DNA of 64,000 nucleotides, taken from NCBI GenBank assembly GCA_041737385.1, contig JBGSRU010000002.1:397437-461436 (forward strand), written 5' to 3'. Positions within the stretch are counted from its first letter, which is position 1; each line of letters begins with the position of its first letter. The notes below the pieces were generated by a model, which was given only the letters and a program-made list of their open reading frames with translations, made no database searches and was not told the DNA's origin. Source of the stretch: Candidatus Saccharimonadales bacterium. Its GTDB lineage: Bacteria; Patescibacteriota; Saccharimonadia; Saccharimonadales; SZUA-47. Both the position numbers and the translations under genes were made by a program. Below, piece after piece: positions 27,927-37,512 of this stretch.

Positions 27927-28153
27927 CCCAGCCATAAAAACTCTAAAACTGATTAATAAGCCTCTCCGAGTTACCGAGTAGTTTGCGAGGCTTATTTTTG
28001 TAAGTAACTAAGAAAACAACAAAAATCTGATTCGCCGGTACTCGGCGAGTATGCTTCGAAGCAACGGTAACTCTGGGAGAGCTTGTTAGTCATGTTTTAG
28101 AGTTCCGGCTGGCGGTTTTGGGCATCACCCGTTTTGCCGTCAAAATGGGTGAT
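27927..28153 (+). repeat. mosaic intergenic repeat, copy R2 (right arm of inverted pair)
   Basis: Blocks CTCTAAAACTGAT (27951-27963), TAACTAA (28005-28011), CTTGTTAGTCATGTTTT (28082-28098) and CCGGCTGGCGGTTTTGGG (28105-28122), plus a hairpin at 28125-28152. Confidence 0.85.
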
Positions 28154-28430
28154 AAATTAAACACACAAACTTATAAATCTATTAAGTTAAGGATGATTTG
28201 TCACCTTTAAACGGAACTAACAGCGAAAAATAAACATAAGCATAATTTAATAGTGCAATATTTGTCACATTTCCACAATATGTACAGAGGGAAGGGTATG
28301 TTTCGTAGTAATATCTACATACATTCTATATGCATAAATAGCTATAAGCTGGTAAAATAAGACTATAAGAAAACAAATGTTGACTTTTAAAAACTTTTGT
28401 TTTAAAATAGACTTATTATAGAAAGAGCAG

Positions 28431-29486
28431 GTGAGTATGGCAGAAGTAGCCGACGCTAGTGAACAGACACTGAACATTGAACAAGTTGTGGGCGATATTC
28501 TAAAGACTATTGATCGTGAAAGAGAACGCGAGATTATATCCCGTCGTTATGGATTATATGACCGTAAAGAGACTCTTGAACAGATAGGGGAGCTGCTAGG
28601 TATCACTCGTGAGCGCGTCCGCCAGCTAGAAAAAGCTGTTATGACCAAACTGAAGAGTGTTGCAGCGAAAGAGCTCCCTCACATCAGTGCTATCGAATCA
28701 GTATTGAGCAAGCACATCACTTCAATGGGTAATGTCGCGAGAGTCACTGACCTAACTGACAAAGTAGTTGCGAAGCCGTCAAAAATCGATCATTCAAGAG
28801 TTGCATTTCTTGCTCAGCTCGCCCCAGCGCTAACCCATGTCGGCGAAAATGACCACTTCCATAACGCCGTATCACTCAAGGAACTTCATTCTGAAAAAAC
28901 TGTTCGTGAAAACGTCGGTCACGTCATCGAAGCAATCAAGAAAATTGGCAAACCAGTATCTATTGAAGAGATCGCTGGCGCAATGGGCCACCCAGAAGCA
29001 AAATCTGTTGAGGCGCTTGCAACCGTCAGCAAAGACCTTGCAACACTAAACGGTCGATGGGGACTGATCAAGTGGCCAACCGTTAATCCTAAGAACATTC
29101 GAGACAAAATCTACGTTATACTTCATGAAAACGGCAAGCAAATGCACTTCGGTGAAATCGCTGAAGCAATCCGTGAATCTGACTTTAAACGAAAAGATGT
29201 CACCACTCAAGCTATCCACAACGAACTTATCAAAGACAAGCGATTTATCCTCGTTGGACGCGGCATCTATGCTCTAAAAGAGTGGGGCTTCAAACAGGGA
29301 ACAGTTGCTGACGTTATCACAGAAGTCCTTAAAGACGCTGCAGAGCCACTACACCGTGATGAAATCGTTAAACGAGTCCTAAAGCGCCGTTTTGTTAAAG
29401 AAACGACTATTCTACTCAACTTGCAAGGCAAACCACAGTTCAAACGAACTGCAAAAGCCACCTACACCCTCGCCGACAAGGAATAA
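28431..29486 (+). CDS. sigma-70 region-4-like HTH fused to HARE-HTH-like winged-helix repeats
   Basis: 'RRYGLYDRKETLEQIGELLGITRERVRQLEKAV' resembles sigma region 4. 'MHFGEIAEAI...LVGRGIYALKEWG' resembles HARE-HTH. Alternative ATG at 28437. Confidence 0.5.
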   Translation: MSMAEVADASEQTLNIEQVVGDILKTIDREREREIISRRYGLYDRKETLEQIGELLGITRERVRQLEKAVMTKLKSVAAKELPHISAIESVLSKHITSMGNVARVTDLTDKVVAKPSKIDHSRVAFLAQLAPALTHVGENDHFHNAVSLKELHSEKTVRENVGHVIEAIKKIGKPVSIEEIAGAMGHPEAKSVEALATVSKDLATLNGRWGLIKWPTVNPKNIRDKIYVILHENGKQMHFGEIAEAIRESDFKRKDVTTQAIHNELIKDKRFILVGRGIYALKEWGFKQGTVADVITEVLKDAAEPLHRDEIVKRVLKRRFVKETTILLNLQGKPQFKRTAKATYTLADKE

Positions 29487-29494
29487 AACTCTTT

Positions 29495-30163
29495 ATGTCC
29501 TCAATACCCCCTCAATTCACCGTCGAGGACGTCGAGGCGCTACATCCTCATGTTCCATTCGAACATGGTCCTGATACAGTCCTAGAATTCGCAGATATGT
29601 GGGATTTTAAAACAAGATTTGAGAACGGGCTTCCCGAATTTATAGATAGCGATAATGGGACAGTACAAGATTGGCGAAACAGACTAGATATAACGAGGCT
29701 CATACCGGCTAAATCAATACCTTTTAATGGAAGATTTGCTGATATTGAAGTTGTGCCAATAGAAGATCCACTGTCTATATTTGCAGCCACGGACGCTACA
29801 GTATTAGTAACGAATGGAGCAAAAGCTCATAGTGGCGAGATTGATCGGATAGTCGGTCTACCCGACACACTAAAATCACGCATCCTTGGATTTGATTTTT
29901 CAGGAAAAGCTTATTCTTCAGCTTCGAGCAGCAAATCAGAAATTACTACCATAAGAACACTACTAATGTATGTTCCCGTGTCGCCTAAGTTTGGCGTAAA
30001 ATCGATCAGTAAATATAGAGAGGATAGCTCAAGGTTTGGTTTAAGACGCTTTATGACGAAACCAACCGGCGATATTGATGCCATTACGGAACTATTAGAA
30101 AAATCAGCAGTACGAAGAATGAATCAACGATCAAGACAGGTGCCTGGTTCTGTTACCCAATAA
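29495..30163 (+). CDS. hypothetical protein
   Basis: 222-aa ORF starting 8 nt after the preceding stop, with no motif I recognise. Confidence 0.45.
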   Translation: MSSIPPQFTVEDVEALHPHVPFEHGPDTVLEFADMWDFKTRFENGLPEFIDSDNGTVQDWRNRLDITRLIPAKSIPFNGRFADIEVVPIEDPLSIFAATDATVLVTNGAKAHSGEIDRIVGLPDTLKSRILGFDFSGKAYSSASSSKSEITTIRTLLMYVPVSPKFGVKSISKYREDSSRFGLRRFMTKPTGDIDAITELLEKSAVRRMNQRSRQVPGSVTQ

Positions 30164-30381
30164 AGAGTTACATACAAAACTGAACGTTTTACGAACAATA
30201 CTAAGAATTATTATTTATACCTAAATATGTGAAAATAACGCTAATGTAGAAAAAAACAATAAAACTAGAGCGGAGCAGGTTAATAGAGGATTTTTTATAA
30301 AACATAAAAATATTTAGCAGAATTGAAGAAAAATTACTAGGCGAGAATAGCAGCAGAGGACAGAAAGCGAACATAGACATG

Positions 30382-30409
30382 ACGTCGCACAATGTATATT
30401 TTGCGACGT
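30382..30409. other. candidate dif (Xer recombination) site
   Basis: ACGTCGCACAA-TGTATA-TTTTGCGACGT. The two 11-nt arms are inverted repeats differing at 1 position, the 6-nt centre is identical to E. coli dif, and the whole site matches E. coli dif at 18 of 28 positions. Confidence 0.4.
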
Positions 30410-30589
30410 GCATATCTTATAAATAGTTGATTCCTTATACCACCCTAAATAGGGCACTTTTAAAGTAATGCCTGCTTTTCATAAAATTTTGATGTTACTG
30501 CCGTTGCTGCTACTTATTTCTAATCTTTATAGCTTCACCTATTAAACTTACAGGGCCAAGCAGTCGTAGTACTTTTTGCTACTTATAAG

Positions 30590-30598
30590 TTATCCACA
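30590..30598 (+). promoter_or_regulatory. perfect DnaA-box consensus 9-mer TTATCCACA
   Basis: Exact match in the 677-nt ORF-free gap. 8/9 variants lie at 30227-30235 (reverse) and 30622-30630. Confidence 0.25.
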
Positions 30599-30840
30599 CT
30601 TACATGCGTGAAATCACTTGCTTTTTCACGATTAAATATACTTGTATACTTTCTTCCCTGTTCACCCCTCCCTGCCGTTTGACAATATTTGACTTTTGTT
30701 TATTTATATATATAAGTATGTTTTTATATAATTTATGAACACTTTGCGAACTATAACAGGGTAAGAGCGGGTGAGCGGGCTTCCCTAACCAGCCAAAGAA
30801 ATATACGTCTCTTAAGCCTACTACTTATTTACGGAGGTCT

Positions 30841-31776
30841 TTATTTAATGAAAACTCTATCGTCGATTCTCACATCGATATACTCTTGAGGTAACTTCCC
30901 CTCGCCTGCTAGCTGTTCTATAGTCGCAGCGAGTGATCCTACTTGTAAGCGAGCATCTCGTTCAGGGGTTAGCTTTGCATATAAAGAGAGTCCATCAAAA
31001 CGAGCACGTATCTCTCTTTTCTGAACATCAAACTCAATGCTTTTTAGCTTTTTACGAAACTCCGTCGATCCATCAAACTCTGAAACAAGCAGCCCAACAA
31101 GCGTTGCTTCATCACTTGTAAGCAGTTGTGCACCTTGCGATATTGTTATATTAGGGAGAGATAACAATGGAAGACTTGCGAAAGATGAGTTTATTTTTTC
31201 TTGAGATTCTACCTGTAGCACCACACCACCCTTACTTAGAAGGGCTTCTTGGTTGCCGCCAGTATTGAGTCTTACTAGAGGGTCAACAAGACGTAAAGAA
31301 ACCTGCAATTTTCGGCCGGCTAGTGGAATAACCACTGAAGCTTGCTCTACTTCAGGAAAGGCTTCTTTTATCCGAGCCTCAAACTTTTCAGTGTTTACGC
31401 TAAACTTACTTTTATACAAAAAAGAACTACTGAAAATTTGATTAATTTGTTGATTATACGCTTCTTTTGATCTGTAGGATTTAGTTGTTTCGCTGTCAAA
31501 GCTTTTTATTCGTACCGTTGTCGATGATAGTGTCGTGTTAATAAGTATGACAAACCCAAGAGCGAACAAACCAAACCATTTTATAAAGATGTTTGAAGCA
31601 CGTTTTATGGTAATTCTATCTGAGTCTTTTTGGTTTTGTAGATTGGTTTTATCTTTCTTCCGCGTTTTGGCAGCGGTTGCGTTCGCCGGCCTATAGTAGC
31701 GCGCAATAGGTGCAGATTGCCTAGGTGGGAGACTTGCACGTCGGCCTTGCTCTTTTTTCTTGAAAAATTTTTTCAT
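30841..31776 (-). CDS. ftsQ: cell division protein FtsQ/DivIB-like
   Basis: Basic N-terminus, a single TM helix, a POTRA-like region, and a position directly after murG. Confidence 0.65.
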   Translation of the reverse strand: MKKFFKKKEQGRRASLPPRQSAPIARYYRPANATAAKTRKKDKTNLQNQKDSDRITIKRASNIFIKWFGLFALGFVILINTTLSSTTVRIKSFDSETTKSYRSKEAYNQQINQIFSSSFLYKSKFSVNTEKFEARIKEAFPEVEQASVVIPLAGRKLQVSLRLVDPLVRLNTGGNQEALLSKGGVVLQVESQEKINSSFASLPLLSLPNITISQGAQLLTSDEATLVGLLVSEFDGSTEFRKKLKSIEFDVQKREIRARFDGLSLYAKLTPERDARLQVGSLAATIEQLAGEGKLPQEYIDVRIDDRVFIK

Positions 31777-31785
31777 AAAACAGTA

Positions 31786-32976
31786 CTATAATCCAGAAGT
31801 ATTATTTTTAGTCTTGATGAGAATTTCTGCTATACGATCCGCTGCGTCTGTTGACGACATACGGTGAAGAGCTTTACGAAGCTCATCCTGACGAGCTAAA
31901 TTACCCAATAACTGTGTTGCTTCCACCATAAGACGTGTTTGAATATCTTTCTCAGCAACAACTATCGCAGATTTATTCTTGATGTATACTTCAGCATTTT
32001 TGAGTTGATGTCCTCCGGCAAGCAAAGGATTAGGAACAATAATACAAGCTGCTGCCTGCGCCGAAAGTTCAGCCATATTCGTCGCACCTGCTCTGGTTAT
32101 GATAACGTTTGCTGCCGCACTGTACGTATAAAGCTCGTTACTGAATGGTTCGAGAATCACGCGTTTCAAGCGCTCTGGTAATAGTTGCTTGTGATAGCTT
32201 TTTTGTACTTTATCGAACAACTTCTGACCTGTTATGTGTATGATGTGGACGCTTTCGTCGTTCAACAGCTCATTGCTCCCCTGCACCACCCTTTCGTTAA
32301 TATTTTGTGCACCCAGTCCTCCGCCAACTACTAATAACACTTTTGCCGTTTCAGGAAACGAAAGTTTACGTCTTGCGGCATTTCTGCTCTCGGGTGTTGC
32401 TAACTGGTACTCCGCGCGTACCGGCACACCTACTTTTACTGTTTTTTTACTATCATATTTGGGGGTGTAGAACTCTGGATCCATGGCGGTCGTGTGGACT
32501 GACGCTTTTTTTGCAATCAAACGGTGAGCCAAACTAACCATAGCATCCGAATCATGCGTTATGTATGGAATATGACGAAACCCTGCCGCTATACCAACTG
32601 GTGCGCAAACATAACCACCTTTCATGAAAATAACTTGAGGTTTAATACGTCCAAGCAGCACCCAAGATTCAATAATTCCAAGTATAAAGTATAGAAAATC
32701 TCGCACATTAAAAAATAACGTTTTTATATCCACTATTCGTTTAAAGTAGCTTTCTCCGTAGTAACGTCTAAACTTGCCTGCATGTACGGTTTTACGATCC
32801 GAGAAAGCATCGCTCCTTTTGATAATATCGTTTAAGCGGTCACCGTATTGACCGATGTGTATAATTGAAGCGTTTTCATCAAGTTTGTGCAGTGCTTCAG
32901 CAACGGGGATTAATGGTGTTAGGTGACCACCAGAGCCACCGCCAACAAAGACATAAACATTTTTTTTAGATGTCAT
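31786..32976 (-). CDS. murG: UDP-GlcNAc:lipid I GlcNAc transferase MurG
   Basis: 'VGGGSGGHLTPLIPVAEAL', 'VVGGGLGAQNIN' and its dcw-cluster context. Confidence 0.9.
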   Translation of the reverse strand: MTSKKNVYVFVGGGSGGHLTPLIPVAEALHKLDENASIIHIGQYGDRLNDIIKRSDAFSDRKTVHAGKFRRYYGESYFKRIVDIKTLFFNVRDFLYFILGIIESWVLLGRIKPQVIFMKGGYVCAPVGIAAGFRHIPYITHDSDAMVSLAHRLIAKKASVHTTAMDPEFYTPKYDSKKTVKVGVPVRAEYQLATPESRNAARRKLSFPETAKVLLVVGGGLGAQNINERVVQGSNELLNDESVHIIHITGQKLFDKVQKSYHKQLLPERLKRVILEPFSNELYTYSAAANVIITRAGATNMAELSAQAAACIIVPNPLLAGGHQLKNAEVYIKNKSAIVVAEKDIQTRLMVEATQLLGNLARQDELRKALHRMSSTDAADRIAEILIKTKNNTSGL

Positions 32977-34212
32977 CTAAATGTTCCTTCTGCTGTAACG
33001 AACCGGCTCATTTCTGCGGACTTCAGACTTTTTCTGAGCAATTGAGAGATCTGTGTAGCGTGAAACTTGGAAAACAATACCCATTGCGATCATAACAAAA
33101 ATAATGCTTGTTCCCCCGTAACTAACAAAAGGCAGTGTGATACCCTTTAAAGGTAATAAGCCGACCATCGCGCCGATGTTAATCATCATTTGAACACTTA
33201 GCCACACTAGTATCCCCGTAACAAGCAACCTCATGTAATCTGTAGGAGCGGCTTTTGCGATAGCTGCTATGCGAGTGAACAATAACCAAAAAATAACCAG
33301 CACGCCGATTGAGCCAACGAACCCAAACTTCTCTGCTACAATCGCAAAAATTGAATCATTAGCAGGCTCCGGTAGATACCCGTAAGCTTGTACGCTTCGC
33401 CCTAAACCTTTCCCGAACATGCCACCTGATCCAATAGTAATAAGTGCTTGGCAAGCTTGGTATCCTTCTGCTTGGCAGTCGGCCGTTGGATTGAAAAACG
33501 TAGCGATGCGGTCTCGTCTATAAGGAGTGCTTATCACTGCAATGCTTGCAAGTGATAGAACGACAACACCAACAATTGCTAGTTTTTTCATTGGAAGACC
33601 AGCGGTAAACGCCATCAACCCAACAACTGCCATCATGACTGCAGCTGAGCCCAGATCACTTTGCAGGCCGGCAACCATGACGATGATTATTCCGATTAGG
33701 CCGCCCAACCACTTTAAACTGTCATCGGACTGAAGCTTGTCATCAAGCCTTTTTTTCGTCAAAAAATATGCCAGCCATAAAATAATCGCTAGCTTTAAAA
33801 GTTCAGCAGCTTGAAAAGAAAAACCGCCCACTTGAATCCAACGGTGAGCACCATTGATTTCTTCACCTATGAAGCGAACCATAACACCAATAACAAGTGC
33901 TGCGATGATGATTGGTGTTTGTAGTTTTCGCCACTGTTCTATTCGTAGTGAGCCAGCAATAGCAAAACCAATAATACCAAGTCCAATTGCTATTAACTGT
34001 TTGTTGCTGAAATAGTTTTCTGGAAGATTAGTGCCGTTTGTTAGGCCGGGGCCGATCGCATAAACGACTACTGCACCAATCACGAGTAAAAGCGTCATTA
34101 AAATCAGCAATACATAGTCAGGTCGGTGGCGTCTAGATGATGTAGTCTGGTTCGATTGATTATCACGAGGACTACGGCGCCGAGCTGAGAGTCTTGCGCC
34201 GCCATATCTCAC
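32977..34212 (-). CDS. ftsW: SEDS family peptidoglycan glycosyltransferase FtsW
   Basis: Polytopic, with 'LPEPANDSIFA' and 'GLLPLKGITLPFVSYGGTS'. I prefer the GTG at 34212, which overlaps the mraY stop as GTGA, over the ATG at 34305. Confidence 0.85.
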   Translation of the reverse strand: MRYGGARLSARRRSPRDNQSNQTTSSRRHRPDYVLLILMTLLLVIGAVVVYAIGPGLTNGTNLPENYFSNKQLIAIGLGIIGFAIAGSLRIEQWRKLQTPIIIAALVIGVMVRFIGEEINGAHRWIQVGGFSFQAAELLKLAIILWLAYFLTKKRLDDKLQSDDSLKWLGGLIGIIIVMVAGLQSDLGSAAVMMAVVGLMAFTAGLPMKKLAIVGVVVLSLASIAVISTPYRRDRIATFFNPTADCQAEGYQACQALITIGSGGMFGKGLGRSVQAYGYLPEPANDSIFAIVAEKFGFVGSIGVLVIFWLLFTRIAAIAKAAPTDYMRLLVTGILVWLSVQMMINIGAMVGLLPLKGITLPFVSYGGTSIIFVMIAMGIVFQVSRYTDLSIAQKKSEVRRNEPVRYSRRNI

Positions 34213-35249
34213 GATCCATGCTCCAACAAGTAAATAATTAGTCCAACGAACGCGCACATGACACCAAGGATCCAAAAACGCATAGTTACTTTTGCTTCGG
34301 GCCAACCAAGTGCTTCAAAATGATGATGGATTGGTGCAATCTTAAAAATCTTTTTACCGCCACGTAATTTTTTTGAATATATCTGCAGTAAGCTAGAGCC
34401 TGCTTCAACGACAAACACACCACCGATAATTGGCAGTAATAAAACTGTATCTGTTAGCATTGCAACTACACCGAGCGCAGTACCCAGTGCAAACGAGCCT
34501 GAATCACCCATAAAGAATCTTGCCGGATATACATTAAACCAAGTGTAGCTAAGCAGCGCACCTACAATAGTAAGGCAGAACCCAGCAATACCATACTCAC
34601 CTTGTAAAATAGCGATAAAGCCATAAATACTAAAGGCTATTGCCGCGAGTCCACCCGCTAGCCCGTCCAGTCCGTCGCTTATATTAACTGCATTTGCAGT
34701 GGATACGACGACGAGGATAAACAATGGAATAATCAGCCAACCGAGGAATACATCACCAAATACCGGTACATTTACTGTATCAACGCCAAGTTTTGCGAAA
34801 AACCACCATCCACCAATAAGCGATACGATAAATATCAATAGCGACTTAGTTCGCGCGCGAAGTCCTGCGACACCTTTGCCAAAGCTTTTGATGTTCAAGA
34901 AGTCGTCTAGTAAGCCTATACAGCCTGCTCCTACCATTGCAGCTAGTGGCAGCCATGTCTGAGAGCGATCTAAGTTGAAGAGCAATGTCACAAGCGCAGT
35001 TGAGACAACGAATATGATACCTGCCATAGTTGGAATGTTGTTTCGGTGCTTTGCAGCATGTAGTTTTTGGTACATTGTCGCTTTTTCACCAGTGACTGCA
35101 TTCGTTCGAGCTTTTTTCCACCATTCATACTTATACGATACTGTCGTATAAAGTGGTGTGAGCAGCATCGCAAGCATAAATCCAAACACACCAAACAGTA
35201 AAACTTCTATAAACGGGCTTGCTTGGATTGTAAACGTTATATTTGACAT
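34209..35249 (-). CDS. mraY: phospho-N-acetylmuramoyl-pentapeptide transferase MraY
   Basis: 'NAVNISDGLDGLAGG', 'FMGDSGSFALG' and 'APIHHHFE'. Confidence 0.95.
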   Translation of the reverse strand: MSNITFTIQASPFIEVLLFGVFGFMLAMLLTPLYTTVSYKYEWWKKARTNAVTGEKATMYQKLHAAKHRNNIPTMAGIIFVVSTALVTLLFNLDRSQTWLPLAAMVGAGCIGLLDDFLNIKSFGKGVAGLRARTKSLLIFIVSLIGGWWFFAKLGVDTVNVPVFGDVFLGWLIIPLFILVVVSTANAVNISDGLDGLAGGLAAIAFSIYGFIAILQGEYGIAGFCLTIVGALLSYTWFNVYPARFFMGDSGSFALGTALGVVAMLTDTVLLLPIIGGVFVVEAGSSLLQIYSKKLRGGKKIFKIAPIHHHFEALGWPEAKVTMRFWILGVMCAFVGLIIYLLEHGS

Positions 35250-35313
35250 GTATTTCTTTCTGTGTAGCTAAGTCTTATTACTTTAAGACTTCTAACCTCT
35301 GTTAATTGTATCA

Positions 35314-37089
35314 TTAATTGCTTATCCTTGATACGCTAAAATTATCAATCATCATGTTAGATAAGCTCGAAAATATTGGCCCTGCTGCTTGTGAACCTGC
35401 GTAGCCCCCGATTCCCGGTTCATTCACTCGTACCATGATGACATAATCAGGTTGGTTTCCTCCAACATACCCAACATAAGTTCCGTTGAATTTATCCTCA
35501 AAATACCCACCTGATGGATTAGCAATTTCTGCAGTACCGGTTTTGCCACCAACTTGATAGCCGTCTCTCACGGCAGTTCTATTGTTCTTGTCGACAACAT
35601 TGTTCATGAATGCAACTATAGTCTGCGAAGTCTCGGGCTTGACGACAGAAGTTCGTACAACAACTGGTAGTTCCGCTTGAAGTTCAGACTCACCATCAAG
35701 TGAACCACTTATGAATGTCGGCCGGTAGTATGTACCACCATTGATAACAGCTGAGACTGCAGAAGCCATCTGCAGCGGTGTCACGGTCATTCCCTGCCCA
35801 AACGCTGTATTCGCGTACTGGATATTGAGTCCAAAGCCTTCCGTTGGGCTCGGGATAATACCCTCGGCTTCAAAACCTTGCTCAATACCAGTTAGCTGTC
35901 CAAATCCATAGTGGTTAATCATGTAATCATGCCAAACTTTTCTCCCCTGCTCGTTTAGCTCACCACCGCCCATTTGCATGAGAAGCCATGTCGCGCCTGT
36001 ATTTAGAGAGAAGCGCAAGATATCAGAAACACTGCGCGTTGCTGCACCGCCATCTTCTTCAATATTTCGTACCGTTGCACCGTCAATTTTGAAAAAACTT
36101 GGATCAAAATAGGTTTGATCTTTACCGACTGAATTCGAATCCAAGGCAGCAGCAGCAGTTAGCGTTTTCATAACAGAACCGGGTTCTAACGGCTGGCTCA
36201 CTGCAGCGTTTGTAAACAATGCTGCATCTTCTACATCCGAAAACTTTGCAGGATCATATGACGGATAGTTTGCAAGTGCTTTTATAGCTCCTGTTCTGGG
36301 ATCCATTATGATGGCGCTTCCTGATTCACTTTTAGCATTTTTTAAGCCTTGCTCTAATATCGTTTCAACTTGTCGTTGCATCGCAACATCGAGCGTTAAT
36401 ACGATATCTTCACCATCGATAGGATCAATTGAAATATTATCAGAAGTTGCAAGCAGTGGCACATTATTCTGATCAGTGAGTGCTTTTACCTTGCCTGGAG
36501 TGCCCGTTAATTCATTGTTAAAGAATTGTTCTATACCGTAGTTGCCTTCACCAGCATCATTCACAAACCCAAGTATTTGCCCGGCGATATTACCTTGCAC
36601 GTATACGCGGAATGGTACTTTTTCATTAGTAAATATTCCAGGGAGTTTTAGTGCTTCTATTTGCTGTTTTATGTCCTTAGTCTGCTTGTTAGCAAGAATT
36701 TCATAGCGAGAGTTGTTTTGTAACTGTTTGTTAATCTCTTCCGCCGGCCGGCCAAGTATTGAGCTGAGCTTCAGAGCAGTATCTGATGAGTTGGTGACAA
36801 TTTCAGGATCCGCAACTATTCTATATCGTGTCTCGTTTAATACTAAGGGGACGATCTCGTTTCCGTCGTAGGCGTATATATTTCCTCTGTCTGCTGCAAT
36901 ATCAAACTGTTTTAGCTGACTGTTTTGTGCTTCATTTTGATAAAAATCATGCTTCAAGATCTGTAAATAAAATAACCGTAGTCCGAAAACGACGGTCACA
37001 AATGCTAATACTGCGTAAAATAGTTGGATTCGCTTAATTGAAGAAATAAATGGTTGCTGCATATGGTTACTCCTAGTATATAGGTTCAC
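35314..37089 (-). CDS. ftsI: penicillin-binding protein (FtsI/PBP2-type transpeptidase)
   Basis: N-terminal TM anchor, a PBP dimerisation region, and the transpeptidase motifs 'SVMK' (SxxK), 'SLN' and 'KTGT'. Confidence 0.85.
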   Translation of the reverse strand: MNLYTRSNHMQQPFISSIKRIQLFYAVLAFVTVVFGLRLFYLQILKHDFYQNEAQNSQLKQFDIAADRGNIYAYDGNEIVPLVLNETRYRIVADPEIVTNSSDTALKLSSILGRPAEEINKQLQNNSRYEILANKQTKDIKQQIEALKLPGIFTNEKVPFRVYVQGNIAGQILGFVNDAGEGNYGIEQFFNNELTGTPGKVKALTDQNNVPLLATSDNISIDPIDGEDIVLTLDVAMQRQVETILEQGLKNAKSESGSAIIMDPRTGAIKALANYPSYDPAKFSDVEDAALFTNAAVSQPLEPGSVMKTLTAAAALDSNSVGKDQTYFDPSFFKIDGATVRNIEEDGGAATRSVSDILRFSLNTGATWLLMQMGGGELNEQGRKVWHDYMINHYGFGQLTGIEQGFEAEGIIPSPTEGFGLNIQYANTAFGQGMTVTPLQMASAVSAVINGGTYYRPTFISGSLDGESELQAELPVVVRTSVVKPETSQTIVAFMNNVVDKNNRTAVRDGYQVGGKTGTAEIANPSGGYFEDKFNGTYVGYVGGNQPDYVIMVRVNEPGIGGYAGSQAAGPIFSSLSNMMIDNFSVSRISN

Positions 37090-37095
37090 CCTGTA

Positions 37096-37440
37096 CTACT
37101 GAATCGTTGCTGTTGGTGCAACGGAGACAAGTCCTGCTGATGCTTTTGCAACAGCTTCAGAATCAATTGATCGCAATCTTGCCGCAGTCAGCTCTAGGTC
37201 CTTTTGATCTTCTTTGAGCGATGACTGTTTGGTTTGCAACTCTTGAATTTGATAGCTATAGGCATTGGTTTTAGTCACTTGTGTAAGATAGACCAAACCG
37301 ATAAGACACGTCAGAACGATAAGTACTATAGCGTTACTAACTGGTCCGAGCCGCGTTGACTCGTTTCTGAAAGAAACAGCATTTTGGCCTCTCGACGCGT
37401 AGCGTGATTTGCCCATTGATAGTGATGTTGAATATGTCAT
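37096..37440 (-). CDS. ftsL: FtsL-like cell division protein
   Basis: 114 aa with a single TM helix and a coiled-coil, in the conserved position between rsmH and ftsI. Confidence 0.5.
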   Translation of the reverse strand: MTYSTSLSMGKSRYASRGQNAVSFRNESTRLGPVSNAIVLIVLTCLIGLVYLTQVTKTNAYSYQIQELQTKQSSLKEDQKDLELTAARLRSIDSEAVAKASAGLVSVAPTATIQ

Positions 37441-37474
37441 ATTATTTTGTTTTTATTTTTCTTTTGTGGTTTTT

Positions 37475-37512
37475 GAGAGTGAAAGGTAAACACAAATCGA
37501 CCTTTCACTCTC
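37475..37512. other. perfect 13-bp hairpin in the rsmH-ftsL spacer
   Basis: GAGAGTGAAAGGT (37475-37487) pairs with ACCTTTCACTCTC (37500-37512) across a 12-nt loop. There is no U tract on the operon (-) strand. Confidence 0.5.

Noticed and set aside
30164-30840. Replication origin (perfect DnaA box at 30590, two 8/9 variants, AT-rich stretch at 30690-30750)
   Set aside because: The flanking genes converge on this gap (+ strand on the left, - strand on the right). That is the terminus pattern, not the origin pattern. There is no dnaA or dnaN nearby, and the dif-like palindrome fits a terminus better.
34213-34305. Extended FtsW N-terminus starting at the ATG at 34305
   Set aside because: It would overlap the mraY 3' end by 97 nt and add a Trp/Arg-rich non-membrane leader. 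The GTG at 34212 gives the classic GTGA stop-start overlap.
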